Below are positions 1-10,500 of a stretch of 64,000 bases of DNA, one piece after another (position 1 is the stretch's first letter; the number at the start of each line of letters is the position of its first letter). The stretch lies in NCBI GenBank assembly GCA_030748775.1, contig JASMLH010000002.1:13732-77731 (forward strand), read 5' to 3'. The position numbers and the translations under genes are program-made. Source of the stretch: Candidatus Thalassarchaeaceae archaeon. GTDB taxonomy: Archaea > Thermoplasmatota > Poseidoniia > Poseidoniales > Thalassarchaeaceae. The notes under the pieces are model-generated. The model saw only the letters and a program-made list of their open reading frames with translations, did no database searches and had not been told where the DNA came from.

Positions 1-235
1 TGCTGTGGTAAGAATCTCGGCTCATGCTCCAGTAGTCTTGGATGCGGAATCTAGTATCCAGCCAAGAGAACGCCCATAGGAATGCCTTCTCTGCCAATCC
101 CATACTTCCTGCGTTAGTTTCCACTGCCCTGAGGATGTCCTTTCTCGGAATGTCATCCCTCTCCCTCCGTAGTGTGAAGGCAACGATAACCACGACAATC
201 GCGATGAAAATCCAAAGGAACCAGAACTGAATCAT
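1..235 (-). CDS. Cytochrome b subunit of a bc-type complex, N-terminal part (runs off the window)
   Basis: Manual translation from ATG 235: MIQFWFLWIFIAIVVVIVAFTLRR...WAFSWLDTRFRIQDYW. GGTGA RBS at 241-245. Directly downstream of the Rieske gene. WLDxR resembles cytochrome b N-termini. Confidence 0.6.
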   Translation of the reverse strand, partial: MIQFWFLWIFIAIVVVIVAFTLRRERDDIPRKDILRAVETNAGSMGLAEKAFLWAFSWLDTRFRIQDYWSMSRDSYHS

Positions 236-244
236 AATTTTCAC

Positions 245-1093
245 CTACCCACAGAATGTGTACCAATCCTTGAAATCTGGGAGAGCCTCGATGGTATCGC
301 CGTTTACAATGAAAGGAATCAGTGGCATACCATAGGGAGCGGGACCCCCAGTCCTTTTGATTCCAATGAAGTCGAAGTCTTGCCCATTTGATCTGTTCCG
401 AGCAGTGTTCTTCTCGATGACAGTGGGATCGTATCTACTGGAATGACAGATGCAGAAGAGCTTGTTTCCACCGGAGTCAGTTCCACCTGGAAGCCAATTG
501 TCTGCAGTGAAGTCATTGTTCACCAACTGCCATCCTGGTATACAACATAGATGGGGGCACCTGGAGAAAATGATGATCATGTTGTCGTGTATTGAAAGCG
601 AGGCAAACTCCTCTTTCTCGTCTATTTCAAAACCCGAACCCACGTATGCTCCGCTGGCCGTGTATCCATCCATTAGTTGGAATCTAGGCTCGTTCTCACT
701 CAGGGGCTTGTTCTTGTTCTCCTCGTGGGGCACGTAAACCGCGACAACAGGAAGTCCCGACCAAAGACCAGCAGCTGCGGACATTCCTGTTGAAGAACCA
801 GCTGCTTCATCTCGGAATGCCTGCATAGTCATCGGCTGCTTGTCCATATTTCCATACCATACGTCTGATCCCTTGGGGGCATAGAAGAGTATAGCTTGAT
901 CCGAACCGCCTGAACTAGCCTGTCCCATTAAAAATGAGGCAAATCCTACACTTCCTAGACTTGCCATTGTAATCAGGCCGGCTGCTGTATTGAACGACAT
1001 CCGCATGAACTCTCTACGATCAACGAATCCTGCTCCCTCTGTCGTGGAATCTTCATTCCCGTGCAAAGGTCGTAATCTGAATCTCCGCGCCAT
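245..1093 (-). CDS. Rieske 2Fe-2S protein
   Basis: CPHLCC and CICHSS ligand boxes, GPAP motif, Tat-like DRREFMR followed by a TM helix. Likely start ATG 1093 after a GAGGT RBS. Confidence 0.9.
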   Translation of the reverse strand: MARRFRLRPLHGNEDSTTEGAGFVDRREFMRMSFNTAAGLITMASLGSVGFASFLMGQASSGGSDQAILFYAPKGSDVWYGNMDKQPMTMQAFRDEAAGSSTGMSAAAGLWSGLPVVAVYVPHEENKNKPLSENEPRFQLMDGYTASGAYVGSGFEIDEKEEFASLSIHDNMIIIFSRCPHLCCIPGWQLVNNDFTADNWLPGGTDSGGNKLFCICHSSRYDPTVIEKNTARNRSNGQDFDFIGIKRTGGPAPYGMPLIPFIVNGDTIEALPDFKDWYTFCG

Positions 1094-1094
1094 A

Positions 1095-1544
1095 TCAAAC
1101 CTCATATTTCTTCCATGCTTCTGGATCATTCCTCGTGATGTACTTGTTTCGCCTATGCTTTACTATAATTACATCCGGTAAGACATACTTCAGGTAAACA
1201 ATACCCATGATAATTAGAGTCAGAAGAGTCATTGCCAGATTGAATGATAGTAGTTGTTGATCCCAGTGTTTGAATAGTCCATATGAAAGAGAGCCAGCCC
1301 AGAAAAGAGTCCACAGAATTCCCCATAGTCCAACTAACACGATAAGCCATGAGTCGCCCGCCGGAGAAACGCTAGCCCTAACAATGGTTCCAGGTTTTGG
1401 TGAATTGAATACGCCATGATCAACAGCGACCGAGTACGCCTCTTCTGATATCGTGACATCTTCGAGTGCCTTTCGCGCGTCTTCCACACTTACTTCTCCA
1501 GATTCGACTTGTCTGAGTAGGCGCATTACTACGTCGTCCTTCAT
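1095..1544 (-). CDS. Hypothetical two-TM membrane protein
   Basis: 149-aa ORF with two hydrophobic segments. ATGA overlap with the upstream gene; abuts the Rieske start. Confidence 0.75.
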   Translation of the reverse strand: MKDDVVMRLLRQVESGEVSVEDARKALEDVTISEEAYSVAVDHGVFNSPKPGTIVRASVSPAGDSWLIVLVGLWGILWTLFWAGSLSYGLFKHWDQQLLSFNLAMTLLTLIIMGIVYLKYVLPDVIIVKHRRNKYITRNDPEAWKKYEV

Positions 1545-2344
1545 AGTTGATCACCCCTCCTAAGATGTTTTATCCTCAGTTTCAGTAGATTACTGCGGCC
1601 AACATAATGTCTAGAGAATCCATACCTCAGAAATAATCCACAGAAGAGGATCACAAGCATTACTGCTGCGAATCCTAACAACCCTAACCAGTGAGCAAGG
1701 AGCTTAGCACCCATGTGATGAAGATCTGTATGCTCTTCCACAGGGGCTGGAGGGTTAATTTCACCGTTGCCGGAGAAAATCGTTCTGACCTTGCCGTTAT
1801 CCTCTCCTTCGTCTACACTTGCAGTAAGCCTATTCCACCTGTCTAGGTTTGATGGGGCCATATCGCCATTGACAACGTTCCCAGCAATCCAGAGGGTCAT
1901 TGAACCCGATGAATCTTCCGGAGCGGTCCAAACAATACCCCATTTCCTGTCAGTCGTGCTGGATCCAGCATCGGTGTGCGTGAGTGTGGCTGGGTCGTCC
2001 TCCCAGTTTTGAACCAGACTTTCAAAACCTGCTCCTGGGGAAAGTACACCGGAACTGACTCTCATTGAGAATCCACCTGTGTATGAATCAGTTGATGCCT
2101 CGGGTCCACCAATCAATTGGATTATCAATTCATATTGTACCCCAGCCTCGTATTGGTAGGGAAAGCCATCTAGGATGACTGTGACTGAGTTATCCGGACT
2201 TTCTGAGTGGCATGTGCATCCTGCTAGAGATACATCACCGTGGTTATTGGCATCACCACCAACTCCAGTGTGTAGAGCTTGGCTCGAACCAGCAAATATT
2301 GCAATTACAACCAACGTTGTCAGGTACTTTCGATGGGAAATCAT
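1541..2344 (-). CDS. Secreted/membrane-anchored Reeler-like (choice-of-anchor V-like) protein
   Basis: Signal peptide, GCTCH motif, WTAP and AGNxVNG motifs typical of Reeler-like folds, C-terminal TM helix. Confidence 0.7.
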   Translation of the reverse strand: MISHRKYLTTLVVIAIFAGSSQALHTGVGGDANNHGDVSLAGCTCHSESPDNSVTVILDGFPYQYEAGVQYELIIQLIGGPEASTDSYTGGFSMRVSSGVLSPGAGFESLVQNWEDDPATLTHTDAGSSTTDRKWGIVWTAPEDSSGSMTLWIAGNVVNGDMAPSNLDRWNRLTASVDEGEDNGKVRTIFSGNGEINPPAPVEEHTDLHHMGAKLLAHWLGLLGFAAVMLVILFCGLFLRYGFSRHYVGRSNLLKLRIKHLRRGDQL

Positions 2345-2486
2345 TGCCTGTTTCTCACCTTCCACATCAAAGTATATTGAGCCACAGAAAAGGGGGATAT
2401 TAACGTTCCACCTCGGCCCCTACGGGGCCGACGATTAGCAACAAACTCGGAACAACACTCAAACACTGGCGCACTAGTCCAGTAAC

Positions 2487-2792
2487 ATGGCAGGTCCCCA
2501 ATGGAAGAATGAGTACAACCTGTCCGAAGAGCAAGTTGAAAAAATTGATTTTGCAGAGCAATTGATGGAAATGATGCAATTATCTGAAGCAGAGAAGACA
2601 CTAAATGAAATGCTGGAGGATAACCCCGAGTGCGTCCCAGTTTTGAATATCCTGGGCCACCTCAATGGAAGATATATTTCTGATTTTGAATCAGCAATTG
2701 AGTATTATGAAAAAGTGATTTCCTTGGAGCCGGACAATGCCTGGGCCCGAGATGAAAGAAGGCGATACAAAAGATATCTTACCTATGATTAG
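2487..2792 (+). CDS. Small TPR protein
   Basis: TPR pattern AIEYYEKVISLEPDNAWA. Confidence 0.8.
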   Translation: MAGPQWKNEYNLSEEQVEKIDFAEQLMEMMQLSEAEKTLNEMLEDNPECVPVLNILGHLNGRYISDFESAIEYYEKVISLEPDNAWARDERRRYKRYLTYD

Positions 2793-2827
2793 AACAAGAT
2801 AATCTAGTCATTTACTAGTCGGGAGTC

Positions 2828-3733
2828 ATGGAAGAAGGGGCCATTGTCATCGCAGGAGTCGGGGGAATAGGTTGCACATGGTCCCAAAGAGCCCACTCAC
2901 TTTGCCAAGACCTTTCTGACTTGTTATTGGTCGATGCGGACGAATCTTCATTTTCTTCAGATTATGAAGCAAATTGTCTGCATCTCGATGCAGCCGGTGA
3001 TGCAAGGGGAGCAGCCGCCCTCCCTAATCTTGCAGAGCATAGGCTGAAAGAAGGAATGAGTAACATAAAACACCTCCTTGATAGATCAGAATTGGTCATA
3101 ATCCTCTCTGCCTTGGGTGGCGGAACTGGTTCGGGTGCCACCTCTGAGATTGCTGCAAGAGCCCGAGAATCTGGCAGTCTGGTATTGAGCATCGTCGGTT
3201 TGCCCTTTGCTGAACAACCTCTAAGGTGCGCAATTGCTGACCTGTCCCTGCCCGAAATCGAGCGAAACTCACACCTTTGTATTAGGGTTAGCCTTGAGAG
3301 GTTAGCATGGCAGGCGAGATATAGAGACTCAGACTGGAAGATGGGGTCGGAGTGGATCGGCGAACTTATCGAGGGACTGGTTACTACATTGGCCCGTGTG
3401 GGGAAGATAAACCTTGATCTGATGGATTTGAGAACAGTCATTGATAGACCTGGAAATGCCACTCTATTGGTTGGTACTGGTTCGACGGAGGACCCATCAG
3501 CAGTTGTTCGAATGGCCCGCCAGTCACCACTGTCGGAGATAGTTGTCGATGGAGCAAAAGGTTGCTTGATTCAGGTGGAGGGCGGTCCAGACATGACTTT
3601 GGCCCATCTTGATGCAGTTTCAGAAGGATTCGTCTCTTCGCTTGACAGTGATTGCCAGGTAATTCTTGGAGCCAGGTCAAGTGACGAAATGGCAGGAAAC
3701 CTAAGACTGGTAGCCGTAGTTAGTGGCATCTAG
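2828..3733 (+). CDS. ftsZ: Divergent FtsZ/tubulin-family GTPase
   Basis: GGGTGSG signature, N-terminal GVGG, T7-like INLDLMD, C-terminal VILGA..LVAVVSG. Confidence 0.8.
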   Translation: MEEGAIVIAGVGGIGCTWSQRAHSLCQDLSDLLLVDADESSFSSDYEANCLHLDAAGDARGAAALPNLAEHRLKEGMSNIKHLLDRSELVIILSALGGGTGSGATSEIAARARESGSLVLSIVGLPFAEQPLRCAIADLSLPEIERNSHLCIRVSLERLAWQARYRDSDWKMGSEWIGELIEGLVTTLARVGKINLDLMDLRTVIDRPGNATLLVGTGSTEDPSAVVRMARQSPLSEIVVDGAKGCLIQVEGGPDMTLAHLDAVSEGFVSSLDSDCQVILGARSSDEMAGNLRLVAVVSGI

Positions 3734-4989
3734 TCGATAAGCTCAATCACATCTTCATCGGGTTTTGATTCGATATCGGAACTTACTTCGATATCATGTG
3801 GGATAATTTCTGAGATACTGGCCCTCTCCATAATTCCATTGCCTTCGTCCGAACCAAAGCCTTCCACATCCATAGTTCCATTTCCACTTATCCGTAACAC
3901 TGCAATCGGGGTGATTCCAACAATGACTAATGCAGTCAGCATGTGACCGATTGCAGTGGTGGTCAATAGGCTACCATTCGAAAGAGCCGACAGAGATGAA
4001 ATACTTCCAGCGTAAAGATACCCGAAACCAATCCCCCAGAACACTGCCGACTGTCCCTGGAATATCTTTACTCCTTTCTTGCTGCTTCTGTTTGCCATAG
4101 ACCAGACGGCCAATAGGATTGTAACTGCCATCAGCAGTCCTTCTTCAACTAACATTGATGCCGAAACTTTATCCGAAAATAGAGGCATCCTTCTCCATGC
4201 ACTGAATACGTGCCAACATGCAGTCAGTGCAAGAAGAAATACGACCCGATCGACAACGATTCCGTCGATTCCCGTCGTTTTCCTGGATGAAGAAGTAACC
4301 CTGTCCAATATGGCCATAATAGAACCTATCAGAATCAGAAACAGGGCCCAGGCAAGATGTTCAATTGTACTGCTATTTCCGTAATCCCCTGCATCGTAGG
4401 CAAACCACCAAATTAGTGGACCGAACAAGACAAGGATGCCAACAGTTCTAACTGCTGTATATCCGAATCCAATTCTGCTAGCCCTAATCTTCTTTGAAAC
4501 TCTAGTTCCATAGACCGCCCATCCGAAAGACAATGAAAATGCTTGGAATATCGACATTAAAACGAATACCAATCCTAATCCAATTGTAATTTTTTCGAGG
4601 CCTTCTTCTACCCGAGAAATTGTCACAAATGAGGCTATTGCAGAAATGCATACAATTGGAACCAAAGTGACAGCACCCTTCTTCCAATACGATTTTCCAA
4701 TTATCCCCCTGCTTTCGTCATCGACTCTTAGTAGGATGCTACCAATCTTTGATGGGGCGAAAATCGCAGCAATGCAATATGTTATGGACAGAGACAAGAA
4801 AATTACGGCACCCTTTTCTTGGGTTCCAAATACGTTCACTTTCATCATTACGTATAGCACTCCCGTGATGATCATCATTGCAAGGAAATGCGGCAGAGTT
4901 GAAGGGCTGGCGAATGACTTTAGAAGTCCTGAAACAGACTGATCGCTGCCTCCATTTCCCCCTTCCATGCCTCCTGGGGGACCCACCAT
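3730..4989 (-). CDS. Polytopic membrane protein, hypothetical
   Basis: 419 aa with about 10 hydrophobic segments and an acidic C-terminal tail. Confidence 0.8.
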   Translation of the reverse strand: MVGPPGGMEGGNGGSDQSVSGLLKSFASPSTLPHFLAMMIITGVLYVMMKVNVFGTQEKGAVIFLSLSITYCIAAIFAPSKIGSILLRVDDESRGIIGKSYWKKGAVTLVPIVCISAIASFVTISRVEEGLEKITIGLGLVFVLMSIFQAFSLSFGWAVYGTRVSKKIRASRIGFGYTAVRTVGILVLFGPLIWWFAYDAGDYGNSSTIEHLAWALFLILIGSIMAILDRVTSSSRKTTGIDGIVVDRVVFLLALTACWHVFSAWRRMPLFSDKVSASMLVEEGLLMAVTILLAVWSMANRSSKKGVKIFQGQSAVFWGIGFGYLYAGSISSLSALSNGSLLTTTAIGHMLTALVIVGITPIAVLRISGNGTMDVEGFGSDEGNGIMERASISEIIPHDIEVSSDIESKPDEDVIELID

Positions 4990-5017
4990 TGGTTAAGGTA
5001 AACCCCTTCCCGGTGCC

Positions 5018-5320
5018 ATGGCACGACTGAACAAGTCAGCTCGAGGAAAGCACAGGTGGGTATGCATAGAGTCATCATTGCCTTGCTCAATAAAAGATGT
5101 GCAGGAAGAACTCGCCAACCTATTCTCCGATATAGAATGGAAAATTCTTGATTTCCATATCGGGCCCGATTCAGCAACAATGATCGTCAAAGTTCCTCTT
5201 GAAAAGTATCATATTGCCCTGAAAAAAATTAATGATATCGATGGCAAATCAACAGTCACAAGTTCAGGAAAACTAAGACTTGTTCGCCATAGGATTTCTG
5301 AAAAACAGAAATTAGAGTAG
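5018..5320 (+). CDS. RNase P protein component Pop5/Rpp14-like
   Basis: RGKHRWV and TSSGKLR resemble the Pop5 RxKxRY and SGT motifs; 100 aa. Confidence 0.55.
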   Translation: MARLNKSARGKHRWVCIESSLPCSIKDVQEELANLFSDIEWKILDFHIGPDSATMIVKVPLEKYHIALKKINDIDGKSTVTSSGKLRLVRHRISEKQKLE

Positions 5321-6676
5321 CCAATTTGTTCCATCCAATTCACAAATTTGCGACAATCCGTCTACACCAAATATCTCCATTCCTCCATCCTTGGATAGCC
5401 CAACTGGCCTAAACGGAATTCCATCGACTTCCACAACCCCTCCTTCTGAAAGAACCCTGGACAGACCCCTCCACGAAAGTTCTCGAAACTCTTCAATAGT
5501 TGGTAACTCAAACCACCCATTGTCCTCCAATAGCGATGAAACTTCTGTATCAAGAATTCTGAAAACATCCATTGCCCCAATTTCGCCCAATGTTTCATCC
5601 CATCCCCCTCCTGATATCCCTCCTTCTTCGAACCGTGACCTGTTAGCCCCAAAACCAATCCTAATATCATCTGAATCACTAGACTCGACTATAACCCCCC
5701 CAATCTTGCTTTTTTCTTTGCAAATTATGTCATTGGGCCACTTCATATCTGCTTCAAGAGCTTCACTGAGGACTGAGCCGATACTTGTTTGTAGAAGTCC
5801 GGGGGGGATAGTTTTGAAAATCTCAACATCTAACTTCCAAGTACTCGCCAAACCATCTTTCTTTGACTGCCATGTGGAACCTCTTCTTCCCCTGCCATTC
5901 CTTTGAGCAAATGAGAAAACCCTCTGCCACCCTGAAGCTTCGAGCTTCTTTGCCTCGTCCATCGTGGAATCGCATATATCCAGAATCGTCGGTTTTTTCC
6001 CTTGTCCAGTCTTCCAAAAACCAATTACTTCAAGCCTTTCATTTCCGATTCTTTCGCATGCAACCGAACGAGCAGACCACCCCAAATCTTTCCATACTCC
6101 AGGATCACTTTCACTGATCGGGTCGGTTCTCATGAGAATCAATACCAACAACTTTTCCTGTCTTTTTTCAGAGTTTATTTCTAGGCTTCTGAGAAGCTCC
6201 GCCCCCCATCCCCCATTTCCAATGTCGTAAAGTGCCGCTGCTTCCATCTCCTGGATTTCTTCCCCTCGTTCCATCTTTAGATAGGGAATATTCCATACGA
6301 TTAGCTCCACATCACTAGGTATTTCCATCCCCTCTCCAATCCCCGACTCATGGACATCCACTAACGAAGAAAGGCCATGATTGTCCACATTCCCCCTCGT
6401 TGCTGATACTGCATATGGATTCACGTCACAACATATCACATTCCAACCAAGGCTGGCAAGCTGCATCGTCACTGCTCCCGAACCACAACCAATCTCCAAT
6501 GCCTTTCCATTTCTCTTCTTTAGTTTTGAAATCGCATCACATAGCAGCAATGTGTCCTCTCTGGGGGGGTAGACCGTTTCAGGAACCACTAGGTCACATT
6601 CGCCGATCCCGATTATTGGGAATTTGCAAATCTTACTTGGGTCCCCAATTTGGTAAGAATCCACATAATCACCCAT
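5312..6676 (-). CDS. Fusion of a HemK/Mtq2-like SAM methyltransferase and a biotin-protein-ligase-like domain
   Basis: N-terminal half: VYPPREDT, LEIGCGSG, WNIPY. C-terminal half: QRNGRGRRGSTW, KWPND, KIGGV. Confidence 0.85.
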   Translation of the reverse strand: MGDYVDSYQIGDPSKICKFPIIGIGECDLVVPETVYPPREDTLLLCDAISKLKKRNGKALEIGCGSGAVTMQLASLGWNVICCDVNPYAVSATRGNVDNHGLSSLVDVHESGIGEGMEIPSDVELIVWNIPYLKMERGEEIQEMEAAALYDIGNGGWGAELLRSLEINSEKRQEKLLVLILMRTDPISESDPGVWKDLGWSARSVACERIGNERLEVIGFWKTGQGKKPTILDICDSTMDEAKKLEASGWQRVFSFAQRNGRGRRGSTWQSKKDGLASTWKLDVEIFKTIPPGLLQTSIGSVLSEALEADMKWPNDIICKEKSKIGGVIVESSDSDDIRIGFGANRSRFEEGGISGGGWDETLGEIGAMDVFRILDTEVSSLLEDNGWFELPTIEEFRELSWRGLSRVLSEGGVVEVDGIPFRPVGLSKDGGMEIFGVDGLSQICELDGTNWLL

Positions 6677-6839
6677 ATTCCATGATTCCTATTTGAACCG
6701 GTTGAAAACCTTTATCCGAATAATCTCTGAAGGCCCTATGGACGCCTCTCCCGGGGCGATGCGATAGCCCAGCGCAAGCAGGCGAATCGCAATGTTTTTG
6801 AAGACCCCCCAGGTCGGAGGATAGCCCAGCATTAGCCAT

Positions 6840-6913
6840 GGGCCTGTAGCTTAGTCAGGTAGAGCGCCGGGCTTTTAACCCGGTGGCCGGGGGTTCGAAT
6901 CCCCTCAGGCCCG
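6840..6913 (+). tRNA. tRNA-Lys(TTT)
   Basis: Cloverleaf: acceptor stem GGGCCTG/CAGGCCC, anticodon arm CCGGG-CTTTTAA-CCCGG, T-loop GTTCGAAT. CCA not encoded. Confidence 0.97.
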
Positions 6914-6964
6914 CCTGCTTGCTTCTCAGGCCCTCGCTTTTCTGGACCCCCGGGAGGCGAAATT

Positions 6965-7552
6965 ATGGCCGTAAAAAGCTCCACAAAGAAGAGACTTATT
7001 GAACTAGGAATCGCAGAAGAGCATGCTCACAGATTGGCTGACGACGCCAACCTAGATGCAATCAAGAGGATGTCAAGGGAACAGGTAGCCAAGAAGGTTG
7101 GAATCGAGGACGGTGATTCAGCCCTCGATCAAATAATGGGAGTAATCAGCGAACATGTAGGTTCTCGTAAGAGGACTAAGAGCAACCGAATTACTATCTC
7201 GCGCAAGGCCCTTCTCGATGAAGATATTCCCAGGGGCGATTTCAGGTTCAATGTACTCAATCATTTCCTTGTCCCTCATCACGAACTCGTTCCAATAGAA
7301 TCAGAGGAAACTGAGTTAGCGCCTTGGGGGCTAAAGACATCCGATGTCCACGGGAACAACCGGCTGGCGAAGGAGCTTCTCCCCAAAATATTGATCACCG
7401 ATCCAGCAATTCAGGCCATAAAGGAAATGGAGGAGTTGGAAAACGACGAACTTCCAGCAGGTTGGTTAACGAATCGAATCGTTAGGATACAGAGGTATAG
7501 CAGATCGGCCGGAAGTTCGGTTGCATTTCGCTTGATTGTTGAGAGTGCATGA
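6965..7552 (+). CDS. rpoH: RNA polymerase subunit H (Rpo5) with N-terminal extension
   Basis: C-terminal HFLVPHHE..LPKILITDPA..RYSRSAG..FRLIV; first gene of the rpo operon. Confidence 0.92.
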   Translation: MAVKSSTKKRLIELGIAEEHAHRLADDANLDAIKRMSREQVAKKVGIEDGDSALDQIMGVISEHVGSRKRTKSNRITISRKALLDEDIPRGDFRFNVLNHFLVPHHELVPIESEETELAPWGLKTSDVHGNNRLAKELLPKILITDPAIQAIKEMEELENDELPAGWLTNRIVRIQRYSRSAGSSVAFRLIVESA

Positions 7553-10500
7553 TTAGGGGTGAAAAAGTGAAGGAGATAGTTGAGAGTTACTTCAAGCAAA
7601 GAAGTCTGGTTAATCACCAACTGGCGTCATATAACGATTGTATTCCTGTCGGAGATGGTAAGGAAAGCCGAATGGAGTCTATTGTCAGGAACATCAAGAT
7701 AGGGACAGACGAGCAAATGGATGATGACGAAGGTGGCCTTGTTAAATTGGATCTTCTTGATAAGGAGATTGTTGTAAGACTGAAGAATTTGAGATTAGGT
7801 CGGCCAACGATTAAGGAGGCCAATGGTGCTGAGCATCCCGCTACTCCTCTAGAGTGCAGAATCAGAAAACTTACATATTTCTCTCCAGTATACCTAGACT
7901 TCAAGATTTACCGTGACGATTTACCCCCCTCTCCCGGCGCAGAACTTGGTTACCTAGAGGAGAAGGGAGTCCATATTGGCAACTTGCCGATAATGGTCCG
8001 CTCTGCTAGATGCAACCTTCATGCTGGGCATATCGACGAGAATAGGAGGCTCTCTCCCGAGTCCTCGGCTGAAGACGCTGAGCGCTACCAGGCGCTTCTT
8101 AGGAAATCTGGCGAAGATCCATTAGATCCTGGCGGGTACTTCATCATTAATGGGACCGAAAGAGTCCTAATCTCGATGGAAGATTTGGCTCCTAATCGAG
8201 TCACTGTAGAGAAGAACAAGAAATACGCACATGAGACACAGGTGGCAAAAATCTTCTCTCAGAAAGATGGAGTCAGGAAACCCCTGAACGTAGAGAAAAG
8301 AAGGGACGGGATGCTCATGGTCAAGATCCCCAGTGCTGGAACCACTCCAGTTCCTCTGGTATTACTCATGCGTGCATTGGGTGTTGAGAACGACAGAGAG
8401 ATATTCGCTTCGATAGCTGGTCCACCCGAGGCAATGAAATATACCGTAGCCAATCTAAATGACCTCAGGGACAATGATGAATATGGGGTCGATACATGCG
8501 ATGAGGCTCTTGCTTGGCTTGAGAAGAAATTCGCTGCCGGACAGCAGAAGGAATACCGCGAGTCACGAATCCAGAACTTGCTGGATAACGAACTCCTGCC
8601 ACATTTGGGCTCTGCCTTAGAAAACAGGGAGAAGAAGGCAATTTTCCTAGGAAGAATTGCTCGACAGGTTCTAGAAATGGCAATAAAGGACAAGGATCCC
8701 AATGACAAAGATCACTATGCAAATAAGCGAGTAAGACTAGCAGGAGATTTGGTAGAGGATCTGTTTCGTGTTAGCTTACAGCAACTTGCCCGGGATCTGA
8801 AATATCAGTTGGAAAGGCATCACAACCGCAAGAGAGAGCTTAGAATCTCCTCATGCCTTAGGCCAGATGTCCTTACTACCAAAATCATGCACGCCCTGGC
8901 AACAGGAAACTGGGTGGGCGGTAGATCAGGTGTGAGCCAGCTACTGGATCGTACTACATACTTGTCTGCTTTGTCCCATCTACGTAGAGTAACCAGTCCT
9001 CTAGTTCGAAGCCAACCCCACTTTGAAGCCAGGGATCTCCACCCAACGCAATGGGGCCGCCTTTGTCCCAATGAGACTCCTGAGGGACAGAATTGTGGCC
9101 TTGTAAAGAATGGGGCCCAGATGATAGACATTTCAGAAGAAGTCCGTGAAGCCGACGTCAAAGATTTACTCAAGGAGGCCGGTGTTAATGACAATCCTGA
9201 TGGGTGGGCCGACGGCTCAAGGATTCACGTTAATGGGGACATCTTCGGACTCCACAAGAGACCCCACAAACTAGTCAGTCAATTCAAGAGAAGAAGGCGC
9301 TCGGGGAGGATAAGGCCAGAAGTCAGTATTCGTCATGATTTGGAGAATAGAGATGTCTTCATCAATACCGATAGAGGCAGAATGCTTCGTCCCTTGCTGA
9401 TAATAGAACATGGCAGCCTTCAAATCACAAAGATGCATTTGGAGGGTCTGAAGTCCGGTGAAATTTCATTTTCTGACTTAGTCTCTGGTGGAGTAATAGA
9501 ATGGGTAGATGCCGAAGAAGAGGAAGATCTTCTGATAGCACCAAGGCCTTTTGACCTGCCACCAGAGTCACCCAAGAATAAGAGGCCGATCAACCCTTCT
9601 AAGGTTCAGTGGACAAACCTTGGAGAAATGGGCAAGGACTCCGATGGAAAGCCCGTTCCACTATCACACGCGCAACTAATTGCCGAGGTAAAGATGCCCA
9701 ATGGCGATACGAAGAACGAGAAGTTCAAAGTCCCGCTGAACTACTTCCAAGAAAATATTGACGTCCTTAAGAGGAAAGAAAAGAAGGACAACACCGTTCT
9801 TGTATACACTCATGTAGAGATCGATCCCCAACTTATTCTCGGAGTCTGTGCTTCGCTAGTTCCATATCCCGAGCATAATTCCACTCCGCGTGTAACAGGT
9901 GGAACTGCCATGGTAAAGCAGAGCCTTGGCGTGGCCAGTGCCAACTTTCGCCTCAGACCCGATACCAGAGCTCACGTGATGCATTATCCCCAGAGGTCAA
10001 TTGTTGGTACTCGTGCGATGCAGTCCACAAACTTTGACGAAAGACCAGGAGGGCAGAATTACGTCGTCGCCATAGTTAGCCATCACGGATACAATATGCA
10101 GGACGCAGTGATTATGAATCGTGCTTCGGTAGAGAGGGCACTAGGAAGATCAGCATTCGTACGAACATACAATGCCGAGAATAAGCGATTCCCAGGGGGG
10201 CAGGAAGAGCGAATCGAGGTACCTGGAACTGGTTTAGATGAAATCAAGGGACTCAAGTCTTGGGATTCATACTCTCACCTAGAGAGGGACGGCCTACCCG
10301 TTCCAGAGGAGGAACTGACCAGCGAGGAGGGCGGCAGATCTATTCTTGTAGGCAAGACCAGCCCTCCAAGATTCCTTGAGGAGGCTCATGGTGCGTTTTT
10401 GCAAGCACAAGAGAGACGTGAGTCATCCATGCTTGTTAGGCATGGGGAGAAGGGTTGGGTAGACAATGTCTACGTCACTGAATCGCTAGATTCAGGCAGG

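Noticed and set aside
6924..6932. CTCAGGCCC repeat of the tRNA-Lys 3' end as an att site
   Set aside because: Only 9 bp and about 10 bp from the tRNA, with no integrase or cargo.
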